From Neophaeotheca triangularis (lineage: Eukaryota), in contig BAAIJX010000082.1 of assembly GCA_054600435.1 (NCBI GenBank), positions 1 to 64,000 on the forward strand: DNA of 64,000 nucleotides, in the 5' to 3' direction. Made by a program: the position numbers and the translations under genes. Below, piece after piece: positions 24,116-34,381 of the stretch. Under the pieces are notes generated by a model, which saw nothing but the letters and a program-made list of their open reading frames with translations, did no database searches and was not told the DNA's origin. Position 1 is the stretch's first letter; every line of letters begins with the position of its first letter.

Positions 24116-25265
24116 GTTTTCATGCTTATGAAGTCAAGAGTTGCACGATAGGAAGTGCGGAGTGGGCAAGGATTGACAAGGATGGAATCACACCGAAGCA
24201 TATTTACCTTTGAGCCCCCTGCCGCTTCATCAAGCCTCTTTCAACGTTGACCTGCGAAGTATCTCGGCATAGGAATCCACCCTTTCTCCGACGAAGCGAA
24301 GCTTTACCGGTATCTACTCAAGTGCCCCTGGTATGCACGGATCGTGCCTTCCCTCTGAATGATTTTAAAGTCCACACCTTTCTCACTGCTTCCCACGAAG
24401 GGGTCCTCACTCCTGATCAATTACCACTGCACGTGACCAAGCTCCGCTGAGTCAAAGCATACCCGAAGTGAACAATACTTGCCTTTCCAAGTCCAACGAT
24501 ATTGAGCACGTCCTCAGGCATGTGCGCCATGAGGGAATTCCACTCAACCGTAGATGCGCCGCACACTGTGAAGCGTACAAACTGAAGATCAGGGGCGTTG
24601 GGGAGTTGGACGTGCTCTATGAGAACGCCCTACTCGAGGATTTGGCATCCGGCGCTGCCCGAGGGGGAGAGAGGGAGAAGGGCCTGATTAGTCCTCTTTA
24701 AATGGGAAAGATTTGGGCGGTACAAAATAGTGTAACCATGAAACATGACTATAAGACAGCCCTACCTGGTTCGGTCGAGACTGCTTTGCTTCACGTCCAG
24801 AGCAACTTTGTTGACAAGAACCAGCCGATGTATGGACGGAAACGTCGAAAGTACCAGAATAAACACTGCTTGGATTGAAGCAGTGGGTCCCCTGAACAGA
24901 AGAGGTTGTTACCTTGCTCTCGACAATTGAGCGGATTGCGGTCAGATCACCGTGAGGTGGCATAAAGGGGCCCTATGACGCCGGGCAGAGGGAACCTAGG
25001 TATGTTTGTTGATCTGTCGATACTGCAAGGTGGTCTGAGCGTTGCTTCCATAGATATATTACCCTGTACCTCCAATCTTTTACCTTCCACCTTCTAACCT
25101 CCAACTCACACACCGCTTTCAACAAAACGGCAACCTCCTACTGTCTCGTGGCTAGGTACAATATCTGAGTGAGCGAATGAGCTCTACACTGTCACACCAT
25201 GCTTCATGCCTGACCCTTTTGTAGCACAATTCAAAACACGACGCACTCACCGCCAACAACACGCC

Positions 25266-26219
25266 ATGAGTGCCACCAGTGAAGAAGCACACGCTCCCAG
25301 CAAGCAATTCAAGATGACCTCAGTCTTTGACTCGGCAGCGTACGGCGCTATCGTTGCTTCCTTGTTACCAACATCGGATAAATCTATATGCTAAACCCCT
25401 CTCCGCAGTGAGGAAAAGCAAGACCCAGCGTGCAAGCGTACTTTGGAAACTTACGAGCTGCTGGAGATGATCCTCCACAAGCTAACACAGAAGGAGTTAC
25501 TCTCGGTTCTCCAAGTCTGTCGTTCCTGGAAGAGCCTAATCGACACTTCCCACCCCCTGCAACGCGCACTCTTCCTCAAAGCCGTCGATGCCCCCAAGCT
25601 ACATGAACTCGAAGACGACATGAAATACATCCGCGAGACCAAGGAGTACAAGGACCTGCAAAAAGAACAAGGCACGCTGGGCTTCAGCAAAGATCACTTG
25701 TTCGCGGACCACCAACAGTGGCACGAAGCCAAACACCCGCTCTTTGTAAACCCCATTCTCAGATTGGAGCCCTTTTCTTGGAGCAAGGACAACCACTGTG
25801 GAGTCGTTAAATTCGGCGTCGACGGCACGCACTTCCCACTCGACGGACGTTTCGAGGCCACGCCCCTGTTACCGGCAAGCGCATACAACATGTTTGTCAG
25901 CCAGCCGCCGGTGACGACTTTGACGCTGGACTGGGGACAGGACGGAGTGCACTGGTTCGCGAAGAGAAAGTTGTCCGGGGGCCCAGAGCTGCTCAGGAAC
26001 GCTCATGGCATCACGTTGCGCGATGTCGTCAGGGCAACAGAAGAAATGATTGGACGCTATGGCCCTGTTCATGAAGACGAGATTCCTCCGCAATGGCTTG
26101 TGCGCCGTTCGCACGTCTCTGGGATTCACGGACTTTTCGCGATCGTGTTCCATGAGCAGGGGTCATACAGGCGCAATCTTCTAAGTGCCAACGATGAGCT
26201 CGAGGAGTGCTTCATGTAG
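25266..26219 (+). CDS. F-box domain protein (lineage-specific type); exons 25266-25339, 25409-26219
   Basis: F-box motif TYELLEMILHKLTQKELLSVLQVCRSWKSLI..S..LQRALF, plus C-terminal MFVSQPP and GITLRDV motifs. Intron GTACGG..GCTAAA..CAG is in frame. Confidence 0.8.
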
Positions 26220-26414
26220 ACTGCTGGGGCTTCGGACGAGGTGAAGGAACAAAGGGTGTATCCAGAGGCTCTTGACGACCACTACAGCAAGGTTCACGGG
26301 TTTACGAGGCTTACCATGTATTCACAATGGCCTTTGGAGAAGTATGAGAACTCACAAAGACCGAGTTTCCTCCTAGTACACGTAAACAAGCAGCCAGGGG
26401 TATCACAACAAAAC

Positions 26415-29400
26415 CTAGCCAAACTCCACCCTTCCCATGCCCCTCTGCCTAGCTCCCTCCCTAACAGCCCCCTTAACTCGCTCGACAGCCTGCTCCCACG
26501 CCTCTCTAATCTCCCCGCCAACGCCCTCACCCTCCTCCACCACCCAGCCCATCCAATCGACAACTCCCACCGCCTTTCCTAAATCCCTCTCCACCGTGAC
26601 CACATCCCTCACATACTGCCCCAACGCCTCAACATCCTCGCCATAAGGCGCCTCGTCGCTAAATTCCCGAAACCAAGCGGTAATCGCTTTTCGCAGCTCC
26701 AGGACCTCGGTAAGCTTCGCGGTCGTGAACGCGGGTTTCGCCGTGCGTGGCGGGAGAGCGAAAAATCGGTCCAGCGACGCCGCATCCTCTTCGGCTTTCT
26801 TTTTGCTATTCGGCAATCGGGAGCCTCGTGGCCGCTGGTGCAGCGAAGTGTCTATACCGCCTGTGCGCTGCAGACGGGCTTGTTTTTGCTGTGCGAGGAC
26901 TTCGGAGCGGATATCTTCGGGCAGGGCGGCGAGGAATTCTGGGTCTAGGGCTTCATCTGTTAGAGTAGAGTCGTTGGTGTCTGCGTCTGTGCCTGCCCCG
27001 CTGTCGTCGTTAGGTTGTTGTGCAGGCTGCGGCCGGGCTATGAAATTTGATTGCGTAAGAGTCGGATTATCCGCGTTGCGGAGGCGACTGGCGAAGGTGA
27101 TGGCGCCGCCACCTCGTCTGCGGCGGAGAGGTTGCTTGGTTGGGGGCAGAGTGCGATTCTTGCGAGGCGACTGCGGGAGGACGGCTTGCTCGCCGCGCTT
27201 TTTGCTAGGCGACCTGTAGAAGCCCAGAATCTCTGCCCGTACGTCTTCGGGCAAAGCTTCAAGAATACTTGGGTCGAGCTGGGAGTGATTGGGGAGTTGA
27301 AAAGCCGGTGCCGGTGACTGAGCACGAGACGAGGGTCTGCTTGGTAGCTTGCTCTCTACAGGCTCGAGGCGCAGTTTCTTGGGCTCGGGTTTGGGAGGCG
27401 GTGCTGCTGCCAGTCCTGGCTTTATATGCTTCGCGAGCTTAGCGCGAATGTCCTCCGGCAGCTCCTCCAGCACTCTCGGGTCGACCTGCGTTGGCATCAA
27501 GAATTGCGTGCCCATGGTGTTCAGTGGCTTCTTGCTCGGTGTACTTGGGCCATACAATTCTGTAGATAGGTTTGGATGGTCCGCATCGCGAAACCGCTGC
27601 TTCTCGGGCGTCGCTAAATCGTCCCTGATTTCATCGATAGCCGCTGTATCCGCATTTGTATCTTCAGTGGTCGTAGAAGCTTGACCAATTTTGAAGTGCA
27701 GTCTGCGCTGACTACTTTCTGCGGCACCTTCAGCCTTTAGGGGCTCAAGCTTTTGCATCTGCACTCCAATACCACGTAGCTCTCCAGGCGAAACGTTGAA
27801 GGACTTCATCATTGCTATTGCTTCCTTAGTGATCAGAGCAGCATCGTTCGTGGAAACGCCTAGTTGCAAGCTCTTGTTGTAGGTATCGCATTTGCCATGT
27901 CCGAGGTGTTTAGGGGGGTCGAGCGGTGCATTCGCTGCTCGCCGCATGACTTTCATCGTGAGCTGTTTGCCCTTGACACGCTCTTTGACTAGTCGCTTGT
28001 GTAATTCGCCGCAGAGGCCTTGCATGAACTCATCAACTTGCTCTTGGTTCTCGAAACGCACGCCCCAATTGACCTCTGCGGAAACAGACTTGCGAATCGC
28101 TTGATCGCCGACTTCGGTCTTATCGATTCCGCGCGCATACTCCCATATTTTCTCTCCGGTCTTGGGACCCAGCGTGTTAATGAGTTTCTCGCGAGAGAAC
28201 TCACGGATGTCCTTGACCAGCTTAATACCGATGTCTTCAAGCTTGCCACCAGTACTCCACGCAACACCCGGTAATGCTTGAACCTCAAGTTTGCCAATGA
28301 AATCCAGCACCTCGTCCGGTTTCAAATGATATTGTCCAGCTGGTTTGGCTTTGCGCAATGCAACCTTTGCAAGCAGGATGTTACCGCCAATACCAATGGA
28401 CACGTTACATCCCGTCTTCTCAAACACCTCATCCCGCATCTTCTGAGCAATTGTATCAGCTTGTCGTTCTTCCCGATACGTACTACCCTCGCTGCGCTTG
28501 ACACCGTCTGTGCCTCCTTCGGCAATGCATGTAGTACTGATATCGACCAACGCTTCATCAATGCTGACACTCTGCACAACGCCGCCTGTTGCTAAAATCG
28601 AGTCATAGAACTTTCGACTGCAGCTCTCGTACTCTGCAAACTCATATGGTAGAACTTTGAGCTCCGGACAGAGATCGAGCGCTCGCCGCATCCACATCCC
28701 GTTTTTGACGCCGTATTTGCGCGCTGGATAGTTGCAGCTCGCAATCTCGGAGCCAGTGCCACCGCCATGAGCGACGACAGCGGGCTTGTCCATGTATTCG
28801 GGATGCTTCTTCAGCGAGACCGCTGCGAAAAAGCTGTCGAAGTCGACGTGCATGATGTATCTCCGTTGCCCCGTTACTTGCTTTGCTCTAGCTTTTTGTG
28901 ATGAAGATTTCTCCGCCGTCAGTGCTTGCAGCTGCGACTTCAGGTGTGCCTTCCACGTGGAGAGATGATGCAACCGAGATTCTCGGTAGTACTGTTCAAG
29001 GAAGTCAGGATTGACGACTGTGGATTTACGTATACGAGGATCGGAGAGGAGTAGAGCATTGTGCTCTTCTGCAGTCATTTGAGCAAGCCTAGAAGGAGAC
29101 ACGGCGCGTAACTTTTCGGAATCGCGTACTATCGCCATTGAGTAATCAGGCTCTTGTGAACCTTTCCGTGGGCGCAGCTGTGGACGAGGCTCATCAGGCT
29201 CATCTTCGGCCGCTTTTGCTTTCCCTGAGTCATCCGGCTCGAGAGGGCCCAACGGTGGGCTGGATGGCGGAGGCGTCTGAATTGATGTCTTCACCTCCAG
29301 AAAGTCTCCAGGGGTTTGTTTTGCTTCGGATTGGGCTGCAGAAAGGGTGGGAAAATCGGCAAGCGCCTGCTCCATGGAGCTTGTGATATCAGGGAGCGGA

Positions 29401-30098
29401 AAATCGTCATCTTCAATGTCTTCTATAGGCGTGACTGTCTGCGTCAATCTAGGCGGTGCTCTCGAACTGGTGCCATTGCTCGCACTGGGCCTCCCGAGGC
29501 TCCCTGTGGTATTAGAGCCTCCAGTCTTGAGTTGACTGGTATACCAGCTGGTATCAGTCTGTTCTTTGTAGCCTTGTCTCTGCCTGTTGACCTGACTGGT
29601 GATTTGACCATTCTCGAAGCCAAGCACCTTTTGCCCGACGCCTTCGTCTACGACACGGTATTTGTCCCAGGGCAACAACTTTCCAGCGTTGACACTGTCG
29701 ACGATCCACGCCGGCTTGACGATGCGGTACCGCCTGAATTCCTCCTTCTTCTTTGGAGTCAAATTCGATGCAATGACATGCGTGACTGTAGTCTTGCCAT
29801 CCAGATACTGCATGAAACCACCTCCGTGCTGGACGACCAACGCGTGCAGATCGTTCAGGCTTGGCTGGGTATATCCGTTGACATGGCACACAACTCCCTT
29901 AAAGATCTGCGGTTTGTCATTCGAATGCGCGCGCAGTTCAGCGTCCAGGTTCTGTAGCTTAATTTTCTTGCGCCTGAAATACTCTGGAAACCCTCCGAAC
30001 TTGGAGCCTTCGTACTCGTCGCCCTGCTCGTCGTCAAAGGTATGGCCTTCTATGCGTTTGCGGACGAGGTTGGAGTTCTTCTCCAGTCTGGAACCCAT
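26415..30098 (-). CDS. REV1: Translesion deoxycytidyl transferase Rev1, single exon
   Basis: BRCT (IFKGVVCHVNGYTQPS..WIVDS), SRLHHLSTW, HVDFDSFFAAV, SEIASCNYPAR, SIDEALVD, three UBM-like DP..L..LPEDIR repeats, and a C-terminal domain. Confidence 0.98.
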   Translation of the reverse strand: MGSRLEKNSNLVRKRIEGHTFDDEQGDEYEGSKFGGFPEYFRRKKIKLQNLDAELRAHSNDKPQIFKGVVCHVNGYTQPSLNDLHALVVQHGGGFMQYLDGKTTVTHVIASNLTPKKKEEFRRYRIVKPAWIVDSVNAGKLLPWDKYRVVDEGVGQKVLGFENGQITSQVNRQRQGYKEQTDTSWYTSQLKTGGSNTTGSLGRPSASNGTSSRAPPRLTQTVTPIEDIEDDDFPLPDITSSMEQALADFPTLSAAQSEAKQTPGDFLEVKTSIQTPPPSSPPLGPLEPDDSGKAKAAEDEPDEPRPQLRPRKGSQEPDYSMAIVRDSEKLRAVSPSRLAQMTAEEHNALLLSDPRIRKSTVVNPDFLEQYYRESRLHHLSTWKAHLKSQLQALTAEKSSSQKARAKQVTGQRRYIMHVDFDSFFAAVSLKKHPEYMDKPAVVAHGGGTGSEIASCNYPARKYGVKNGMWMRRALDLCPELKVLPYEFAEYESCSRKFYDSILATGGVVQSVSIDEALVDISTTCIAEGGTDGVKRSEGSTYREERQADTIAQKMRDEVFEKTGCNVSIGIGGNILLAKVALRKAKPAGQYHLKPDEVLDFIGKLEVQALPGVAWSTGGKLEDIGIKLVKDIREFSREKLINTLGPKTGEKIWEYARGIDKTEVGDQAIRKSVSAEVNWGVRFENQEQVDEFMQGLCGELHKRLVKERVKGKQLTMKVMRRAANAPLDPPKHLGHGKCDTYNKSLQLGVSTNDAALITKEAIAMMKSFNVSPGELRGIGVQMQKLEPLKAEGAAESSQRRLHFKIGQASTTTEDTNADTAAIDEIRDDLATPEKQRFRDADHPNLSTELYGPSTPSKKPLNTMGTQFLMPTQVDPRVLEELPEDIRAKLAKHIKPGLAAAPPPKPEPKKLRLEPVESKLPSRPSSRAQSPAPAFQLPNHSQLDPSILEALPEDVRAEILGFYRSPSKKRGEQAVLPQSPRKNRTLPPTKQPLRRRRGGGAITFASRLRNADNPTLTQSNFIARPQPAQQPNDDSGAGTDADTNDSTLTDEALDPEFLAALPEDIRSEVLAQQKQARLQRTGGIDTSLHQRPRGSRLPNSKKKAEEDAASLDRFFALPPRTAKPAFTTAKLTEVLELRKAITAWFREFSDEAPYGEDVEALGQYVRDVVTVERDLGKAVGVVDWMGWVVEEGEGVGGEIREAWEQAVERVKGAVREGARQRGMGRVEFG

Positions 30099-30509
30099 GG
30101 TGGCGACGATGTCGAACCGATCATGTTGCTATCGAAACAGCATCCAGGAAGGATAACACTGGCGCCTACGGTATGGTTTGTATATGTGTATTTGGACTTG
30201 GACAAGACAAAGACGTGAGGCTGGTCTTGACGACTGACGTCGGAAGATGACGCGCTAAAGAAACTAGCTAGCTGCCTTCGGCCTAGCTAGGCCTGTCGCG
30301 AACTCGAAATCTTGGCGCTTTCTTCAGGGCCCAAGCTCTCTCGGTCTACAATTTTCCTCTTCAAAGTTATTATTTGACCGGCATAGCAACGCTGACTTCT
30401 TTCCTTCTACATCAACTCCTCACTTTTCCTTCCGCATATTTTTTCTACTACCTTGTTAAGTAGTAGTTTACCGCGCTCTTCACACATACTTCTACACACT
30501 CCCCGCGCA

Positions 30510-32050
30510 ATGGCCTTCCAACCCATGGCCGTTTACGGCCTCGAGGTCCCATGCGGCGATGTCGCGATTCCAGCTAAGGGCGATATCCCTGCGGCATTCC
30601 GCATCACTATGGCTGCTGTCGACCCTTCCGCCGAGTCTGAGGGTGCCGAAGGATCAGCTCCCCGCGCCACTCTCAAAATCATCCGCCAGCACCTTTCCAG
30701 CTACGATGACGAGGACGACGAAGACGACGACGAGGAGGATTTCGATCCCGATCAGATGGACGCCATGCTTGCTGGCGATGAGAGCAGCGACGACGATGAG
30801 GACGAGCAGATGAACGGTGGTCCCAGCGACCCGGCCAAGACCAAGAAGGCTCGTAAGGAAGCCGCTCAGGCTGAGATCAAGAAGCTGTTGGCTGGTCACG
30901 ACGTGGAGATGAGCGACAAGGCCATCGAGGGAGCCAACGGAAAATCTGCCAAGGCCAAGGGCAAGATGCCCGCCAGCGAGGACGAGGACGAGGATGAGGA
31001 CAGCGACGACGAGTCTATGGACGAGGACGACATTGAGGAGTTTGTGATTTGCACCCTTGACCCCAACCAGGTAGGTTTTAGCGATTCCCTGAATTATGGA
31101 GCCCTACTAACTCCCACCCGAAGCACTACCAGCAAACTCTCGACCTCACCGTTGGCGAGGAAGAGGCTGTCTACTTCAAGGTTTCCGGCACCCACAGCAT
31201 CTTCCTGACTGGCAACTACATCGAGCCACTTGACAACCACAACCATGGCGACATGTACGACTCCGACGATGAGGAGGACGACTACGGCATGGAGGGAGAC
31301 TCCGAGGACATGGACGAGGACATGGAGTCTGACGAATTGGACGACATGGATGACCCCCGCTTCACTGAGGTTGACGATGAGGACGAGGCGGAAGCCCCCA
31401 AGCTCATCAAGACCGAGGAGAAGAAGGGAAAGAACAAGCGCTCTGCTCCCGAGTCCGAGGACGATGCCACCCTGGACAACATCATCTCCAAGTCTACCAA
31501 GACCGAAGAGCCCAACGGCGACGTCAAGCTCAGCAAGAAGCAACTGAAGAAGCAGAAGAAGAACGACGGCGCCGCTGCCGCTGTCAAGGAGGAGAAGGAA
31601 GAAACCCCCAAGTCCGACAAGAAGGTCGCCTTCGCTGAGAAGCTCGAGCAAGGCCCGACCGGCAAGGACGCCAAAGCCGGCGCCGACAAGCCCAAGACCA
31701 CCCTCGGCGTCAAGACAGTCCAAGGCGTTACCATCGACGACAAGAAGCTCGGCACCGGCCCAGCAGCCAAGAACGGCGACCGCGTCGGCATGCGCTACAT
31801 CGGCAAGCTTCAAAAGGACAACAAAGTCTTCGACTCGAACAAGAAGGGCAAACCCTTCACTTTCAAGCTCGGTGGCGGCGAGGTTATCAAGGGTTGGGAC
31901 ATTGGTATTGCCGGCATGAGCGTCGGTGCCGAGCGCCGCATCACCGTCCCCGCCAACCTGGCCTACGGCAAGCAGGGCGCCGGCCCCGACATCCCGCCCA
32001 ACGCCACCCTCATCTTCGACGTCAAGGTCGTTGAGCTCAAGGGCAAATAA
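30510..32050 (+). CDS. FPR4: Nucleoplasmin-like FKBP histone chaperone / PPIase (Fpr3/Fpr4); exons 30510-31070, 31124-32050
   Basis: NPL domain (VYGLEVP, FRITMAAVDP, EFVICTLDP|HYQQTLDL, IFLTGNY), acidic tracts, and a C-terminal FKBP domain (MRYIGKL, FDSN, VIKGWDIG, AYG, IPPNATLIFDV). Confidence 0.95.
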
Positions 32051-32662
32051 GATGTTCGCGCACAGCTAGCTAGGTACGCCTGCTCGCAGAAGACGTAGAC
32101 CGATCCGCAAACACCATACTACCCGCCCAACTCCACCAATCCGTCGGAGGCTCAATGACAGGAGAAAGAGGCCCTACCTTCCAGTTCCAAGTGCTGGAGG
32201 GAAGGACGGGCAAAACACCCATTGCTGCCGCTCGACGTTTTGCCTTCTCTTTTGTGTATTACAACAGCTTTCCGCTGTCATCCAACCAATGATACCCGAC
32301 CTGCATCGCGAGGATGTGATTTGCATGCAGGGATGATGGGTTTCATACTGCTCGTGCTTTAAGATGCTGGTGTGTTGTGCTGTATTGCTTGCGAAAAGTT
32401 TTCTTAGCGGTGTTTTTGCTAAAGGCAGGCGAGGTGGTGGGTGTACTTATGTACTTGTGTATGCTAGAGGGTGTATCCGCTGTCTTGTTACTTGCACTTC
32501 TTACTTGAGCGTTGCCTCGTGTAGGCGCTAGTGACAATGAATCTATCTTCTGTTGTGCATAATATTACAGCATAGTGGTGTTGAATCCGTAGTGTTTCAA
32601 TTCATGGGTATAGTACATCACACACTACCACAACGCCTCCACGCAATAGAAACGAGGCACGC

Positions 32663-34099
32663 TCAAGCCTCCTCAACCCTCGCCTTCTTCCCTTTATCCC
32701 CTTCAGCTCTATCATCCTCCGCCTTCCTCTTTCCCTTGCCTTCCTCCTCAGATCCCTTCTTCTTCCTATGCTTAACAAGCCCAGTCAAATCATTCGCCCC
32801 CTCCGTTGCCTCCTTAACCCTCTTCGCCCTACCCTCCTTGCTCTCCCCCAACATAGCGCCCAACACGCCCTCGAGCGCATCACCGCCCTCCTGTTCCCCC
32901 GCCGACAGCGAAACAGCCGGGTTCTGCAAGTCCACCAGCCGCTGCTGCATGTCCGCCACCATTTCCTTGACGTCTTGGATGCTCTTCTTGCGCTCCGTGC
33001 TTTGCTGGGCATTGCCGGCGAGGTCGCTGAGGGAGGCCGTTTCCTTAGCGATGCGCGCTTCGCAGGAGGCAATGGCCTTTTCCATTTCAGTGGCTGCTTC
33101 CGCGCGGAGGCTTTCGTCGACTTGCTGGGTCGAGGGTTCTTCTTTGGTGCTGGGTTCGGCTGCTGCTGCTTCGTCGTCGCCTGGGGCCTCGGCGCCGTTG
33201 GAGGTCACGGAAGCGAATTCCAGCGCCAGCGAGAGCTTGTAGTGTGCTTCGGCCACGAGGCTGCTTTCGAGCGGGTAGAGGTGGAGTTTGAGCTCTAGAG
33301 CGGCTTTGGTGTCGGTGATGGCGTCGTGGAAGCGTTCGTTTTCGAGCGAGATCTCGGCTTGCAGGTCGTGAGTATCTGCCAGTCTCTCACGCAGATGGCG
33401 CGACTCGGGGGATTCTTTGGTGGATTTGCCGGAGGCGGCTTGCGAGGCTTCCAGCTTGCGGGTCAAGAGAACGCGCGCGACATCGAGGATTTCGTACGCG
33501 ATGGCAAAGTCATCTTCTTCCTCTTCTGCTTCGGCTTCGGCCTCGTCGCCTGAATCTTCTGAGTCTGTCCAGTTCTCGTCGCCGGTGATTTGGAAGAAGG
33601 GTTTCGCGATGGGTTGCTCCTCTATCTTTACGCCGTCTTTCTCTTCAACCGCAGCTTCTACGACGTCTTCGGCAAGCTTCTCTTGCCCTGACTTGAGCGC
33701 GTCCTCGATCGAGCTTCCTGGGCCTGCTGCTGCTGCTGCTGCGGCATCTTTACTAGACTCTGCTTTGGTATTTGGCTTGCGTTTCTTGCGTTGCGGTTCT
33801 TCACCAGCTACTTTCCCGCCAAGCACGTCGCTCTTGCTGACGGCGACGTGGTACAAGCAACGGCCGTATTGGTAGAGCAAGTCGGCGTTTTCCGGAGACA
33901 TCTCGCCGTTCAGTTCATCCTGCACTTCGGCAGCCTCGCTGTAGAATTCGGCAGCGGCATTGTAGTTTTTGAGAGAGTACTGTTGCGTCGCTGAGGCTCT
34001 GAGCTGGTCGAGCTTCGCTGTGAGCTCTTCTGTCCTCTCTGCCTTCTCCTTGCCCGATTCGGCGATGTCGACGGCTAGGAATTGTTGAATGTCCGACAT
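32663..34099 (-). CDS. NASP-family (SHNi-TPR) histone chaperone, Hif1/Sim3-like
   Basis: ENADLLYQYGRCLYHVAVSKSDVLG, DDFAIAYEILDVAR, LADTHDLQAEISLENERF, AEAHYKLSLALEF, ANDLTGLVKHRKK, basic C-terminal NLS. Confidence 0.92.
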   Translation of the reverse strand: MSDIQQFLAVDIAESGKEKAERTEELTAKLDQLRASATQQYSLKNYNAAAEFYSEAAEVQDELNGEMSPENADLLYQYGRCLYHVAVSKSDVLGGKVAGEEPQRKKRKPNTKAESSKDAAAAAAAGPGSSIEDALKSGQEKLAEDVVEAAVEEKDGVKIEEQPIAKPFFQITGDENWTDSEDSGDEAEAEAEEEEDDFAIAYEILDVARVLLTRKLEASQAASGKSTKESPESRHLRERLADTHDLQAEISLENERFHDAITDTKAALELKLHLYPLESSLVAEAHYKLSLALEFASVTSNGAEAPGDDEAAAAEPSTKEEPSTQQVDESLRAEAATEMEKAIASCEARIAKETASLSDLAGNAQQSTERKKSIQDVKEMVADMQQRLVDLQNPAVSLSAGEQEGGDALEGVLGAMLGESKEGRAKRVKEATEGANDLTGLVKHRKKKGSEEEGKGKRKAEDDRAEGDKGKKARVEEA

Positions 34100-34238
34100 G
34101 ATCAAGATGGGTGTAGGAGTGTTTGAGGTGGAGTAGAAGTGTTTTTTTTTTTGTAGGGAAGAGGACAAAGGTTGGAAGATTGCCCAGGTGAGTGAGAGCT
34201 CGGCTGGACAGACAGACCGTCGGACTCTGCGTCACATC

Positions 34239-34287
34239 ACGCGTCGTGGAAATAAATTGGAACGCGTCTCCCACTTTAACTTCGCGA
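34239..34287. promoter_or_regulatory. MCB (ACGCGT) elements in the NASP/DPB2 bidirectional promoter
   Basis: Two perfect ACGCGT (34239-34244, 34262-34267) plus CGCGA (34283-34287) in a 282-bp divergent intergenic region. Confidence 0.7.
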
Positions 34288-34381
34288 CTGACTTTGGCGG
34301 CATCGAGGAAGTACCTCCTACCTACCTACAGAGAGTACGTTGACACTTTCAAGAAGGAAACCCGCACTCAAGCACAGCCAT

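Noticed and set aside
34327..34335. TACAGAGAG (and GACAGAGAA at ~15888) resembling the U6/METTL16 motif
   Set aside because: One mismatch each, no U6 context or MAT2A-type hairpin, and not in the SAM synthetase transcript.
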